DNA from: Batkoa obscura
Taxonomy: Eukaryota
Assembly: GCA_030770535.1 (NCBI GenBank)
Contig: JASVEC010000014.1
Coordinates: 248,001 to 312,000 of the forward strand
Length of the DNA: 64,000 nt
Reading direction: 5' to 3'
The notes beneath the pieces were generated by a model. The model saw only the letters and a program-made list of their open reading frames with translations, ran no database searches and was not told the DNA's origin. Positions 61,958-64,000 of the stretch are shown here, in pieces; the stretch's first letter is position 1; each line of letters opens with the position of its first letter. The position numbers were made by a program, and so were the translations under genes.

Positions 61958-62843
61958 GACGTTTATTATCTATAATAGCTTATTATTAAAAACATCAACT
62001 TCAGCATCCAAGATATTATAAATTTATTAAATCATTAAACTGGTTATTACTAATTGCAATAGTTTTAATTTAAAGTAACTTTTTATTTTTAGATAATTAG
62101 TGGATTGCTTAGTGAAAATAACGATTTATGTATACATGTTATTCTACTTGAAATAAAGTTGTATATAGATGATTATAAATTAAAAGTCTACAGCATTATC
62201 TTGAATATGTTTGTATTAATTATGGCTTTATTATTAGATAGGCCTTTTATATATCTGGTAAAATAAAATAACCTATATATAATGCATAAAATATATGGAT
62301 AGAAGAGTGCAAGTAGGACCAATTTTTTATACGTAATACGTATATTTTCTATGCTATTGCCTATGGTCAATTCTCAACTGTATTGAAAATAACATATTTT
62401 GTCATTAAATTTAAAAGTTATTTCAATATAAAATAGTATTTCAATACTAATAAATACCTTATTCTTACCAAATAAACATTAGTAATTAGTCACTTGCATA
62501 TAACATTGTTTCCTAGTTGAGATTTTTAATTTTTCGATCTAAGCAACATTTCAGAAATTATTGCAAAAATTAAATTAAACCAATTTTATTCTTCAATAAG
62601 TATAATCTTGACTCATTAATTTACTATTCAGTTTAGATTGAAACCCATTTAATTGGCTTTCCAATTTGAAAAATTGACAAATGCCGAACAATTGCAATTT
62701 TTCTATAAAAAAAATGTAACGAATAAAAAACGAAACAGCTAAACAAATGCAATTAAAATATCTCAAAGCCACTTAAAAAAAATTAAAATTTTTACTTTAA
62801 CGAACTAACCAATTTTGTAACAATAAAAAAATTATAATTAACA

Positions 62844-64000
62844 ATGGCATCATTATCCAGGTCCAACGCGACCAGTATGAAACCAAAGAAAAAATTAAAT
62901 CGTAATAATCCTAGTTTAACTATAGCAGCAAACATCGACAATACTGCTGCCATTGCTAGCCCTGACAGTAACTTAGCTATTTCTCAATTGAAAGGCCATG
63001 CTCCTGTAGACTATTCCCCATACTTAAAAACTTCCACCAAAGCTGAATATGAGTTAAATCCTACCACCATTGAAACGGTTAAAAAATTAGGTGAAGGCGC
63101 TAGTGGTACAGTTTGTATGGTGAGATATATTCCAAATGGAACGATCTTGGCTAGGAAGGTAAGAGTTTATTATTTTAATAATTTAAATAGAGTATATTTT
63201 AAATTTTAAATTTACAAATATCAGTCTGTTCCAGCAGACCCCGATCCAGCAGTTCACCGCCAAATCATCAGAGAACTAAGTTTTTTAAGAACATGTAACT
63301 CTGCGCATATAGTTAGTTTTATGGGGGCTTATTATGATGAAGAAGACTCTTCTATTGCTATGTGTATGGAATATTGTCAAGGTGGCTCATTTGACGCTAT
63401 TTATAAGAGGGTATTTGCGAAAAACATGTCCATTGGAGAAGGGATTCTAGGCAAAGTTTCAGAAGCAGTAAGTTTTTTATTGAATTGTTAGCAAAGTGAA
63501 AAGTTGAAATTAATTTTAAACTTAGGTTTTAGAAGGTCTTGTTTATTTACATGATAATAGAATCATCCATCGAGGTAATTTAATTGTTTTTAATTATATT
63601 CAAAGATATAGTATTTTGCTTTTATTTATTTTTATTAATGAATTTTAAATTTAGATGTTAAACCATCAAACATTTTAGTCACAGGCGAAGGCCAAATAAA
63701 ATTATGTGACTTTGGAGTATCTGGAGAATTGGTGGATTCTATGGCAAGAACTTTTGTGGGTACTTCTTATTATATGGCAGTAAGTTTATAAAGAACATAA
63801 AAAATCAACCCCATTTAAATTAATCAATAATAATAGCCTGAAAGAATCCAGGGGTATGGATATGCAGTCCAAAGCGATATATGGTCATTAGGTTTAACGA
63901 TATGTGAATTAGCAGAAGGCCGATTTCCATTTCCTGGACCTGGAGAACCTAGATTAGCGATTGTAGAATTATTGGATTATATAGTACGTATGCCAGCACC
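62844..64000 (+). CDS. MAP kinase kinase, Mkk1/Mkk2/Pek1-like; runs off the end of the window
   Basis: Docking site [107 protein letters not shown]. Confidence 0.92.

Overview
This is a very AT-rich, gene-dense stretch of eukaryotic nuclear DNA with many short (about 43-60 nt) spliceosomal introns. The proteins look fungal, most likely from an early-diverging lineage (Zoopagomycota or Mucoromycota-like). That placement is inferred from composition and protein style only. Most genes are split, so the ORF track shows only exon fragments. About 18 conserved-type genes were rebuilt by hand: a triple-HMG-box factor, RPN3, a stand-alone tRNA-binding OB-fold protein, DCP2, STI1, a degenerate PMT-like protein, an atypical CDK, a DEAD-box helicase, a TRF4-like polymerase, a Pho4-like bHLH, MsrB, a mitochondrial carrier, an M28 aminopeptidase, separase, SSH4, UTP17/WDR75, PTC1, a PB1-UBA protein and an MKK1-like MAPKK. 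Two weaker calls are a beta-propeller gene and a Med11-like gene. The most striking accessory system is a family of five intronless genes for small, cysteine-free secreted peptides in two clusters (24-26 kb and 53-55 kb). They share a 16-aa signal peptide, a hypervariable mature region and a fixed promoter geometry (TATA at about -90, TAGATAA at -27/-28). Two are identical copies forming a 307-bp inverted repeat, and two carry fossil C-terminal coding sequence in their 3' UTRs. A ~100-bp MITE-like element occurs seven times. No rRNA, tRNA or CRISPR array was recognised. Gene coordinates are spans including introns. Exon boundaries were read by eye and no database search was possible.
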